From positions 1 to 26,257 of the forward strand of contig JBECUL010000030.1 of the NCBI GenBank assembly GCA_040225955.1: a DNA stretch of 26,257 nt, in the 5' to 3' direction. This document shows, piece by piece, positions 17,867 through 26,257 of this stretch. The notes below the pieces were generated by a model that saw only the letters and a program-made list of their open reading frames with translations, did not search any database and was not told the DNA's origin. The translations under genes and the position numbers were made by a program. Every line of letters begins with the position of its first letter. The first letter of the stretch is position 1. The DNA is from Candidatus Asgardarchaeum abyssi. Its GTDB lineage: Archaea; Asgardarchaeota; Asgardarchaeia; Asgardarchaeales; Asgardarchaeaceae.

Positions 17867-17928
17867 GGAGAATGAGTAAATTAGACGTTAAGGTCCTACA
17901 AAAATTAGTTGAAGTTAGGTGATTTTAT

Positions 17929-19149
17929 GTGAGTGAATCGAAAGTAATTAAGATAACTGAGAATGTATATTGGGTCGGGGTGAATGATGATCAAAAACAA
18001 CTCTTTGAATCCTTATGGTCACTACCATTTGGCATCAGCTATAATTCGTACCTCATTATTGGGGAAGAGAAGACAGCTTTGGTGGATCTTGTAGAAAAAT
18101 CATTTACAGAGAAGTTGATTGAGAAGATAAATAGCATTTTTAATATTAAAAAGTTAGATTATATAATCCTAAATCACCTAGAACCAGATCATACTGGTGC
18201 TCTTAAGGATGTTACAGCTCTTGCTAAGGATGCGAAAATAGTACTCAGTAAGATAGGCATACCAATACTCAAAGGATTTTATAATGATATAAAGAATGAG
18301 ATTATACCTATTAAGGATGGTGACTCGCTTTCACTTGGTAAGAAAACTATCAATTTTATTCAAGCTCGATTTTTACATTGGCCAGAAACAATATTTTCTT
18401 ATTTAGAGGAGGATGGTATTCTTTTTAGTTGCGATGCGTTTGGCTCCTATGGTATTTTAGATAATGGAATTTTTGATGATGAGCTTGATTTATCGTTCTA
18501 TGAAAAAGAAGCAAAAAGATATTTTGCAAATATAGTCAGCAAATATGCAAAATTTGTAATAAAAGCGATAGATAAGTTAAATCAAAAAGGTATAAAACCA
18601 AAGATAATAGCACCAAGCCATGGGCCAATATATAGAAGTAATCCAGAATTCATAATAAGTAAATATTATAAATGGTCCCTACCAGAATACGAACGAAAAG
18701 TTGTTATAGTATATGGTTCTATGTATGGAAATACGAGGCAAATTGCTATCAAACTTAAGGAGCTTCTAGAAAATGAGGGGATCTCAACAGTGCTTTTTGA
18801 TAGTTCCTATGATGATGTAAGCTTTATGCTGCGAGAAGTTCTTGACTCTCCAGCAATAGTGTTTGGGGTTCCTACATATGACGTAAAAATGTTTCCCAAG
18901 ATAAAATATATAACTGACTTAATTGTTAGCTATAAAGATATAAAGGGTAGAATAGCCGCAATTTTTGGATCGTACGGATGGGGCGGTGGAGCAATTAAAG
19001 AGCTCAGAGCAGAATTGGAAAAGAATAACTTTAGAATAATAGAGCCAATAATTCAAATTAAGGGGGCTCCACGACAAGAACATTTCAAAGAAGCGGAAAT
19101 ACTAGCAAAAAATCTTATTCAAGAAATAGATGCGTTCATAAAAGAATAA
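17929..19149 (+). CDS. fprA: Flavodiiron protein (A-type flavoprotein; O2/NO reductase)
   Basis: Metallo-beta-lactamase diiron ligands HLEPDH, HWPE, CDAFG and SHG; flavodoxin motifs YGSMYGNT and FGSYGWGG; AGGTGA SD before a GTG start. Confidence 0.94.
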   Translation: MSESKVIKITENVYWVGVNDDQKQLFESLWSLPFGISYNSYLIIGEEKTALVDLVEKSFTEKLIEKINSIFNIKKLDYIILNHLEPDHTGALKDVTALAKDAKIVLSKIGIPILKGFYNDIKNEIIPIKDGDSLSLGKKTINFIQARFLHWPETIFSYLEEDGILFSCDAFGSYGILDNGIFDDELDLSFYEKEAKRYFANIVSKYAKFVIKAIDKLNQKGIKPKIIAPSHGPIYRSNPEFIISKYYKWSLPEYERKVVIVYGSMYGNTRQIAIKLKELLENEGISTVLFDSSYDDVSFMLREVLDSPAIVFGVPTYDVKMFPKIKYITDLIVSYKDIKGRIAAIFGSYGWGGGAIKELRAELEKNNFRIIEPIIQIKGAPRQEHFKEAEILAKNLIQEIDAFIKE

Positions 19150-19211
19150 TATCCCTTTTGCAGTTAATATAGATATAATAAAACTGAATTTAAGATCGGG
19201 TTTGTGATAAC

Positions 19212-20468
19212 ATGAGTCCGTTTCTCAGCTTTTCATATTTTTCATTGCCAAGAACTAATAATTTTAAGAAAGTAGATTTAAACGAAATAGGTACAAAATT
19301 TGAAAGAAAGAAACAAGAAATATATTTATCCGTAAATTTCCCATTTTGTGTTGACATTTGCGATTATTGTGAGAAAAAAGCTTATCCATTTAAACCAAGG
19401 AACGTATATCGGTATCTTACACGCCTAAGTAAGCAAATAAATTCATTTACTGAAGTCTCAAACAGCTTTAAAGTAAAAGACATAATTATAACTGGTGGAT
19501 CTCCCTCAGTGCTTGATGAGAAAGATATCTATGTGATAATAGAAGCAATCAACTCGGTTTTTGATGTAAAAGGGCAAGTCTTTCTTGATGCTAATGTTTC
19601 CGATTTGTTTAATTATGAAAAAGTCGAGGCTCTTTATTCCGCGGGAGTAGATTACATAAATATAAAAACGCCAACAATGAGTAAAAGAGAGCTTGAGACA
19701 TTAGGCCGTTACGATTACTATCCCGAAGACCTAACAAGAGCTATTAATAATCTAAAGGATGCAGGATTCAATGAGATAATTCTAAGTACTATGTTTATGT
19801 TTCCAGGAAATTCTGTGGAATCATTCGAAAAAACATTAAATGAGCTACTCTCTCTAAGTCCTACATTTCTTCATATAAGACCTTTCATGTTAAACCCAAA
19901 ATCTAAACTAGCTTATAAAATTTCAATAAATAAAGCTCCTAACATACCTAAGCATAGACTTTTTAGAAAGTTCTTAAAAAAATTCTACGAAGTAATTAAA
20001 AATTTTGAATATACAATCACAACACCGTGGACTGTGCATAAAAAGAAGAAAGTTAAATTTACTTTTAATCCACTTCCAATTACAAGAAACATTGATTTTC
20101 TTTCACTAGGTTCTGATTCTATCTTTAGACTCGGGAATTTATTAATGAAAGCACCAAGCCTCACCGAATTTATGGCAGAGGGTAAGACTTTTTTCTATAT
20201 GTACGAGATGCCAAAGCACGAAGAATTGATATTATATATACTATTACAACTTTTCAACGGGCTTCAAATAAATCGTAGACTATTTCGCCTAAAGTTTGCA
20301 GATTATGACGCCTTTGATACTGTTACTGAATGCTTTGAAAAGTTTAAGAGAAGAGGATACTTTATTGAAAAGAAAGAGTTTCTTCAGTTGAGTGATAGGG
20401 GAATTATTCTAATTGGTTTACTGACGTATAGATATATGAAACAACTACAAAAACTTATTTTAGCTTAG
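19212..20468 (+). CDS. Divergent HemN-like (coproporphyrinogen III oxidase family) radical SAM protein
   Basis: YLSVNFPFCVDICDYC (CxxxCxxC), TGGSPS, and a HemN C-terminal domain (LQLSDRG). Confidence 0.8.
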   Translation: MSPFLSFSYFSLPRTNNFKKVDLNEIGTKFERKKQEIYLSVNFPFCVDICDYCEKKAYPFKPRNVYRYLTRLSKQINSFTEVSNSFKVKDIIITGGSPSVLDEKDIYVIIEAINSVFDVKGQVFLDANVSDLFNYEKVEALYSAGVDYINIKTPTMSKRELETLGRYDYYPEDLTRAINNLKDAGFNEIILSTMFMFPGNSVESFEKTLNELLSLSPTFLHIRPFMLNPKSKLAYKISINKAPNIPKHRLFRKFLKKFYEVIKNFEYTITTPWTVHKKKKVKFTFNPLPITRNIDFLSLGSDSIFRLGNLLMKAPSLTEFMAEGKTFFYMYEMPKHEELILYILLQLFNGLQINRRLFRLKFADYDAFDTVTECFEKFKRRGYFIEKKEFLQLSDRGIILIGLLTYRYMKQLQKLILA

Positions 20469-20503
20469 TTGCATTACTATTAAAAATAATAATTAATCCA
20501 CGA

Positions 20504-21847
20504 GTGGATAATATGGGCACAGCTCTTATTTTTAGCTATTCTAAAGTAAATCGAATAAGTTATAATGTCCTTCTAGGGGCTCTGGAAAAGTGGAATATTA
20601 TTGATAGTGAGTTAGATATAAAAATAGTTAGCCCTAAAGAAATAACGAATACTATTTTATCTCTTAAAAAGAAAGGTTATGAAAAAATAATTCTCGCGTT
20701 TTCTTTCATGACTACTCAAGTCTTTGAGATAATACATCTAATATCCTCTGCTAGAATGGTAGATCCTTCCATTATTCTAATTGCTGGAGGCCCTCATCCG
20801 TCAGGAGATCCAATAGGTACCCTTCTTTTAGGATTTGATTTTGTTATTATTGGAGAGGGGGAGATAACATTTCCAAGGATAATTGAAAAGATAAAAAATG
20901 ATGAAGATCCAACTAAAGAAAGAGGACTTTTCTTTTATAATGGAAATAAATTTAAATTCACTGGAAAACAAAAAGAAATAGATCTAAATGAGTATCCTCC
21001 GTTTTCTTTGAAGTTCAAAAAGTTTAATCCCATAGAGATTACCAGAGGGTGCCCTTTCGCTTGCTTTTACTGCCAGACATCATATATGTTCTCTAAAAAG
21101 GTTAGACATAGGTCAATAGAAAACATTTTGAGATATATATCTATCATGAACAATTTAGGGCTTCGCGACGTTCGATTTATATCACCGAATGCATTTTCCT
21201 ATGGATCTATTAATGGAAGAAAACCAAATATTAGAGCTATTGAAGAACTGTTAGAAGGTATCAGAGGTATAATAGGTCCAAAAGGACGTATTTTTTTCGG
21301 CACATTTCCCTCAGAAGTTAGACCCGAGTTTGTTTCCGAAGACATTTTAGAAGTTATAAAAAAATATGTTAATAATGTCAATTTAATAATTGGTGCTCAA
21401 AGTGGTAGTCAAAGGGTGTTAGATATAATAAATCGAGGACATACTATTGAAGATATATATAAAGCAGTATCATTATCAACTAAATATAATTTCACTCCTA
21501 ATGTTGACTTTATTTTTGGCTTGCCAGGTGAAACAGAAGCCGATATAAATAACACTCTGAAGGTTATGAAGGATCTTATAAAAATGGGTGCGAGAATACA
21601 TGCACACACGTTTTTGCCACTTGTTGGAACACCTTTTTCTAAAAAGCCACCAGGATATATCAATAAAAAGATAAAACGTATATTAGGAAAACTTGCCCTC
21701 GAAGGAAAATTATATGGTGAATGGGCTAGTCAAGAATTAGAAGCACTCAAAATACATTCTTATTATGCTTTAAGAAATAGACTCTTACAAGAATTTCAAA
21801 AATATAAACGTCTTCTAAAAAATCCAATTTTTTCATTTTTTGCATAA
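20504..21847 (+). CDS. B12-binding-domain radical SAM protein (MJ1487/TIGR04013-like)
   Basis: AFSFMT, IAGGPHPSG, IGEGE; EITRGCPFACFYCQT; RFISPNAF; FPSEVRPE; GAQSGS; VDFIFGLPGE; HTFLPLVGTP. Confidence 0.87.
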   Translation: MDNMGTALIFSYSKVNRISYNVLLGALEKWNIIDSELDIKIVSPKEITNTILSLKKKGYEKIILAFSFMTTQVFEIIHLISSARMVDPSIILIAGGPHPSGDPIGTLLLGFDFVIIGEGEITFPRIIEKIKNDEDPTKERGLFFYNGNKFKFTGKQKEIDLNEYPPFSLKFKKFNPIEITRGCPFACFYCQTSYMFSKKVRHRSIENILRYISIMNNLGLRDVRFISPNAFSYGSINGRKPNIRAIEELLEGIRGIIGPKGRIFFGTFPSEVRPEFVSEDILEVIKKYVNNVNLIIGAQSGSQRVLDIINRGHTIEDIYKAVSLSTKYNFTPNVDFIFGLPGETEADINNTLKVMKDLIKMGARIHAHTFLPLVGTPFSKKPPGYINKKIKRILGKLALEGKLYGEWASQELEALKIHSYYALRNRLLQEFQKYKRLLKNPIFSFFA

Positions 21848-22001
21848 CTGCTCTTTTCAAGAAAATAAAACATTATTATTATAGCATCATTATTTTTTAA
21901 TAAATCATTAACTTTTGTTGGATAAAATTAATTAGGGATTGCATTAGATTACCATCTAAAACAATAATATTAGCAATCTATATTTAATGAGGTGTGTTCT
22001 A

Positions 22002-22559
22002 ATGATAGAAGTTAGATGGCATGGTCGGGGTGGTCAAGGCGTAGTTACTTCTAGTGAGCTCCTCGCACGTGCGGCTTTGATTGAAAAAAAATATGTTCAG
22101 CATTTTCCTGAGTTTGGACCTGAAAGACGTGGTGCGCCTGTTCGGGCCTATACACGAATTTCTAATGAGCCTATTGAAATTCATACAGGAGTCTATGAGC
22201 CAAATATAGTAGTTGTTATAGATCCTTCATTGGCTTTGGAACCTACTTTGTATCTTGAAGGTGTGAAAAAGGGTGCTAAAGTTATAATCAATGCCAAAGA
22301 AATTAAAGAGGAGATAGCTTCTAAAATTAAATCGATAGGTGCTGAGTTGTATTATGTCGATGCATTCCAGATAGCTCTAGATGTTTTTGGTAAACCCTTC
22401 TACAATACCCCTATGTTTGGTGCTTTAGTAAAAGCTACAGGAATCGTAGATCTCAATGCTGCAATTGAGGCACTGAAGCAAAGATTTAGTGGAGATATTG
22501 CTGAGAAGAATATACAAGCTGTAAAAAGAGCTTTTGAGGAGGTAAAAAAATATGAGTAA
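22002..22559 (+). CDS. porG: Pyruvate/2-oxoacid:ferredoxin oxidoreductase gamma subunit (start refined to ATG at 22002)
   Basis: MIEVRWHGRGGQG, FGPERRGAP, NTPMFGAL; GAGGTG SD. Confidence 0.94.
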   Translation: MIEVRWHGRGGQGVVTSSELLARAALIEKKYVQHFPEFGPERRGAPVRAYTRISNEPIEIHTGVYEPNIVVVIDPSLALEPTLYLEGVKKGAKVIINAKEIKEEIASKIKSIGAELYYVDAFQIALDVFGKPFYNTPMFGALVKATGIVDLNAAIEALKQRFSGDIAEKNIQAVKRAFEEVKKYE

Positions 22560-22842
22560 GAAATTAAAAAATTGGAAGGAAATTCCTATCGCAGGTTTAA
22601 TAACAGAACCAGCATCCTCATGGAACTATAAAACTGGCAATTGGCGTGCTTTAAAGCCTATACTTGATCAATCAAAATGTATAAAGTGTCTTTTATGTTG
22701 GGTATATTGTCCAGAGCCAGCGGTTCGTCGTCATGAAGATAATTCCGTTGAAATAGATTATGACTTCTGTAAAGGTTGTGGTATTTGCGCATCTGAATGT
22801 CCTGTAAAAGCAATAACTATGGTACCTGAGGGTGGTGAGTGA
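22552..22842 (+). CDS. porD: Pyruvate/2-oxoacid:ferredoxin oxidoreductase delta subunit (2x[4Fe-4S])
   Basis: KTGNWR, CIKCLLCWVYCP and CKGCGICASECP; overlaps the porG stop codon. Confidence 0.95.
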   Translation: MSKKLKNWKEIPIAGLITEPASSWNYKTGNWRALKPILDQSKCIKCLLCWVYCPEPAVRRHEDNSVEIDYDFCKGCGICASECPVKAITMVPEGGE

Positions 22843-24029
22843 AAGTGGTTAAAATGAAGAGAATAGGTTTAACTGGAGATTCTGCCGTTGCATTTGCTGC
22901 TAAACAGGCAAATGTGGATGTTATTTCAGCTTATCCTATTACACCACAAACTATTATTGTTGAAGTATTAAGTGAGTTTGTTCATAATGGCGAATTAGAT
23001 GCTGCGTTTATACCCGTTGAATCTGAACATTCAGCATTATCTGCAGCCGTGGGTGCATCCCTAGCTGGAGCACGTGTGTTCACAGCTACTGCTAGCCAAG
23101 GATTAGCTCTTATGTATGAGATATTATATATTGCTGCATCTTTAAGAGCACCCATTGTAATGGCATTAGGCAATAGAGCATTTTCTGCACCTATAAATAT
23201 ACACTGTAGTCACGATGATGCCTATGCAGCTCGAGATACTGGTTGGATACAACTTTTCTCTGAAAATCCCCAAGAAGCTTATGATCTGACACTACAAGCA
23301 TTTAAAATTGCTGAAGATAAGCGTGTCTTGCTACCTACTATCGTAAACCTTGATGGGTTCATAGTCACTCACTGTTTTGAGGGTCTTGATGTTTTTGAGG
23401 ACGATGAAGTTCCCAATTTTCTACCACCAAGAGAACCTGTATATCAGATAGATCCTGACAATCCAATAACATATGGTCCATTGGCATTCTTTGACTATTA
23501 TATGGAAATTAAGAGACAGCAAGCTGAAGCAATAAAAAACTCGTATCCAGTTATAAAAGAAGTTCTAAATGAGTTTAGCAAATTTAGTGGTCGAACATAT
23601 ACGCCAATAAAGACTTATGGTATGGAAGATGCTGAGGTGGCTATAGTTGTATTAGGTTCAACAGCTGGTACAGCACGTTATGTTGCTAAAGAGTTAAGGA
23701 AAGAAGGGAAAAAAGTGGGCGTAGTTAGTCTAGTTGTCTATAGACCACTTCCTGTTGATGAACTTGTAGACATCTTAAAATCTGTAAAAGTTGCAGCTGT
23801 ACTTGACAGATCATATAGTTTTGGAAGTCCTGGAGGGCAGTTATACATGGATATATCAGCAGCATTGTATAATGAATCTGAACGTCCGTTGCTATTTAAT
23901 GTAATTTATGGCCTTGGCGGTCGTGACATGACAGTTAATAATCTTAAATCTATATTTGAGAAAGCATTAGAATATGCAGAGAAAGGCAAGATAGAGAAGA
24001 AAGAACTCTGGGTGGGTGTTAGAGAATAG
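22839..24029 (+). CDS. porA: Pyruvate/2-oxoacid:ferredoxin oxidoreductase alpha subunit (start may be ATG at 22854)
   Basis: AYPITPQT, VESEHSA, TATASQGL, NRAFSAPINIH, YGLGGRD. Confidence 0.95.
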   Translation: MKVVKMKRIGLTGDSAVAFAAKQANVDVISAYPITPQTIIVEVLSEFVHNGELDAAFIPVESEHSALSAAVGASLAGARVFTATASQGLALMYEILYIAASLRAPIVMALGNRAFSAPINIHCSHDDAYAARDTGWIQLFSENPQEAYDLTLQAFKIAEDKRVLLPTIVNLDGFIVTHCFEGLDVFEDDEVPNFLPPREPVYQIDPDNPITYGPLAFFDYYMEIKRQQAEAIKNSYPVIKEVLNEFSKFSGRTYTPIKTYGMEDAEVAIVVLGSTAGTARYVAKELRKEGKKVGVVSLVVYRPLPVDELVDILKSVKVAAVLDRSYSFGSPGGQLYMDISAALYNESERPLLFNVIYGLGGRDMTVNNLKSIFEKALEYAEKGKIEKKELWVGVRE

Positions 24030-24034
24030 GAGGT

Positions 24035-24997
24035 ATGTACAAAATGAGTGAAATTAAATTATTAAAAACGATAAAAGAACTTCCTCCTGATGACAAATAC
24101 GAATTTGCTCCAGGTCATCGACTGTGTGCTGGGTGTGCAATTCCTATTCTTGTAAAGATAACTCTAAAAGTAATTCCAGATCCTAAAGTTATAGTGAATG
24201 CTACCGGATGTTTAGAGGTTGCTACTACTATATATCCCTATACAAGTTGGAATGTCCCATGGGTTCATAATGCATTTGAGAATGCAGCAGCTACAGCTTC
24301 TGGAATAGAAGCTGCTTTTAAAATATTTGAAAAGAAATATGGTAAAAAGAAACCGCACATAATTGTTTTTGCAGGTGATGGTGGAACTTTTGACATAGGA
24401 ATACAAGCCCTAAGCGGAGCTTTAGAAAGAGGTCATGATTTCGTCTATATTTGCTATGATAACAACGCATATATGAATACTGGAATACAGAGGTCCAGCG
24501 CAACTCCACGTGGAGCTAGAACAACAACATCTCCCGCGGGAGAGGTAATTCCTGGAAAACCAGAAAGAAGTAAAGACTTAATTGCAATAGCTGTAGCTCA
24601 TGGGATTGAATATGCTGCAACTGCTAATCCAGCATATCCCATTGATTTGGCAAATAAATTGATTAAGGCCGACGCAGTTGAGGGCCCAGCTGTAATACAC
24701 TACTTCTCACCATGTCCAACTGGATGGTATTTTGATCCATCTCTATCTATAAAAATTGCAAAACTAGCTGTTGAAACTGGCGTATGGCCCTTATACGAGG
24801 TTGAGAATGGAAAATATAAAATAAACAGTCCAAGTTTGAAATATCTAAAAAGTCCTAAGCCACTAGAAGAGTATCTTAAGTTGCAAGGGAGATTCAAACA
24901 TCTTCTTAAACCTGAAAACAAATGGATGCTAGATTTATATAAGCAAGATATCGAATATCAGTGGACTTTATTGAAAAGACTTACAGGGATAGGATAA
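24035..24997 (+). CDS. porB: Pyruvate/2-oxoacid:ferredoxin oxidoreductase beta subunit (TPP-binding)
   Basis: GHRLCAGC, ATGCLEV, GDG...YDNNAYMNTGIQRS TPP motif, SPCPTGW. Confidence 0.95.
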   Translation: MYKMSEIKLLKTIKELPPDDKYEFAPGHRLCAGCAIPILVKITLKVIPDPKVIVNATGCLEVATTIYPYTSWNVPWVHNAFENAAATASGIEAAFKIFEKKYGKKKPHIIVFAGDGGTFDIGIQALSGALERGHDFVYICYDNNAYMNTGIQRSSATPRGARTTTSPAGEVIPGKPERSKDLIAIAVAHGIEYAATANPAYPIDLANKLIKADAVEGPAVIHYFSPCPTGWYFDPSLSIKIAKLAVETGVWPLYEVENGKYKINSPSLKYLKSPKPLEEYLKLQGRFKHLLKPENKWMLDLYKQDIEYQWTLLKRLTGIG

Positions 24998-25017
24998 CAT
25001 TTCTCTTTTATTTTTTT
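24998..25017 (+). terminator. Oligo-T archaeal terminator of the por operon
   Basis: CATTTCTCTTTTATTTTTTT directly after the porB stop codon. Confidence 0.5.
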
Positions 25018-26257
25018 CTATGAAAAACTTGCGGCTCCCACTATATCTCCTACTCCGCCACTTTTAAATATTTCTAACATCCGCCTTAGCTCGTTTATCT
25101 CGACTTTTATCACCTCCTCATATCTCCTCGCATACGCCTCTATCCGTTTCAGCTTCCTCGTAATTAATTGACTCTTACTGGCATCTCTATACTTCTCCCC
25201 CTTCATCACCAGCGCATGCATCACTACCAAAAGCTTCCTTGCCAACGCCACCAACGCTACCTTGTGCCCTCTTCTCTTCATAATATTGTAATAGAACAAG
25301 TATAAGCTCTTCGAAGCCTTCGTCCTCACTATCGATCCGGCAACCTCTGTCAACACATGCCTCAAATATGGACTACCCCGTTTCGTTATCCCACGACCCC
25401 ACTGCTTACCATTCGACTCATTTATGCGTGGAACAAGTCCAGAATAGCTCGCTATCTGCTTCCCATCAATGAATCTCTCAAAATCCAATCTCCGCAATGA
25501 CAGTCGCTGCCGTTATCATATTAACTCCAGGTATCGATATAAGTATCTCCACCTGCTTCTTAATCCTCTCGTCACTATCTACAACTCTCGCTATCATCAT
25601 CTCTATACGACTTATCGCCTCGTTAATCCTCTCTATCTCCGTCAATAGAACCAAAATTAAATCTTTATCCAAGCTCTCAAGGTACGCTCCACTAAGCACC
25701 TCCATAAGCACTTCCCTCTTTTTTGCAGGTGCAACTCTTATAGCATCATCTGCATCACCTGCGATAAGCGCTTTCAGCACTCTCATTCTGGAAACCCCAA
25801 AGATGTCCGAGAAAACACGCTTCAAATCAAGGCGTGCCGCAGATAAAAACGATTGTACCCTGTTCTTGTGACTCGTATTCTCGTCTACTAATTTTCTTTG
25901 AATTCTAATTAAATTCCTTAACTTTCGAATGCTTTCATCTGGTACATAGGATTCCTCAACAAGTCCCTTCGCGTACATCAATGCAATCCATGTTGCGTCG
26001 TGTTTATCGCTCTTCTTCCTCTTTCTCGGAACCTGAGATGGGCTAACTGCGTGAACCGAAAAACCGTGTTTTTTGAGGCAGTCGTAGATGGCGTACCAGA
26101 AGTTGTTAGATGTTTCTATAACAACTTCGCTACACATGTTCTCTGAAAGTCACTCCGCAAGCTCATTATACCCGTAGCGATCGTTGCTAAACGTTCTTAC
26201 ACTGATTATTGATTCATTAACAAAATTTAAAATAACTGAAGTGAATCTTTTTTATGA
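25018..26257 (-). pseudogene. IS110-family transposase pseudogene, 5' end beyond the window edge
   Basis: DEDD pieces (HK.. at the edge, IETS, KSDKHDA), IPGV..ITAATVIAEIG, SYSGLVP..NESNG, KRGSPYLR and KVALVALARKL. Lesions: frameshift near 25485, in-frame TGA at 26150-26152, and a probable frameshift in the T6 run at 26248-26253. Visibly more GC-rich than the flanking host genes. Confidence 0.92.

Noticed and set aside
25478-25497. Programmed frameshift in the IS110 transposase
   Set aside because: There is no slippery heptamer, and IS110 transposases are single ORFs; a small deletion explains it.
159-25871. Short antisense or overlapping ORFs in the track (e.g. 159-422, 624-998, 2731-3039, 10609-10992, 16384-16875, 25497-25871)
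   Set aside because: They are shadows of well-supported genes on the opposite strand or in another frame, with no motifs and atypical composition.
26150-26152. In-frame TGA as selenocysteine or recoding
   Set aside because: It sits at a plausible Trp position in a transposase with other lesions, and TGA is used as a normal stop elsewhere in the window (porD).
1-26257. CRISPR array, tRNA or rRNA genes
   Set aside because: No regularly spaced repeats and no GC-rich structured RNA segments were seen.

Overview
AT-rich archaeal chromosomal window (GGTGA/GGAGG Shine-Dalgarno motifs, TATA-like promoters, and archaeal marker genes such as NreA, ACD alpha, Clp1-like kinase and four-subunit POR). 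It carries anaerobic core metabolism: ADP-forming acetyl-CoA synthetase alpha, porGDAB, FprA, two radical SAM enzymes and MobA. The most unusual part is about 4.3-15.9 kb, a split ECF transporter. Its T, fused A-A' and YkoE-like S genes lie on the + strand, and the S component has an extra extracellular Ig-like domain. They alternate with - strand genes for two membrane-anchored alkaline-phosphatase-superfamily (NPP-like) hydrolases, a GIFT/DUF4350 membrane protein, a zinc-ribbon membrane protein and a metal-less cupin. I interpret this as a candidate extracellular 'hydrolyse-then-import' cofactor or nucleotide scavenging system. Mobile DNA: a 142-bp MITE (19/22-bp TIRs, perfect 8-bp TSD) upstream of ecfT, a decayed IS110 inserted next to the porB terminator, and a possible IS end truncating a PAP2 gene at the left edge. 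All family assignments are from motif recognition only; no searches were run.
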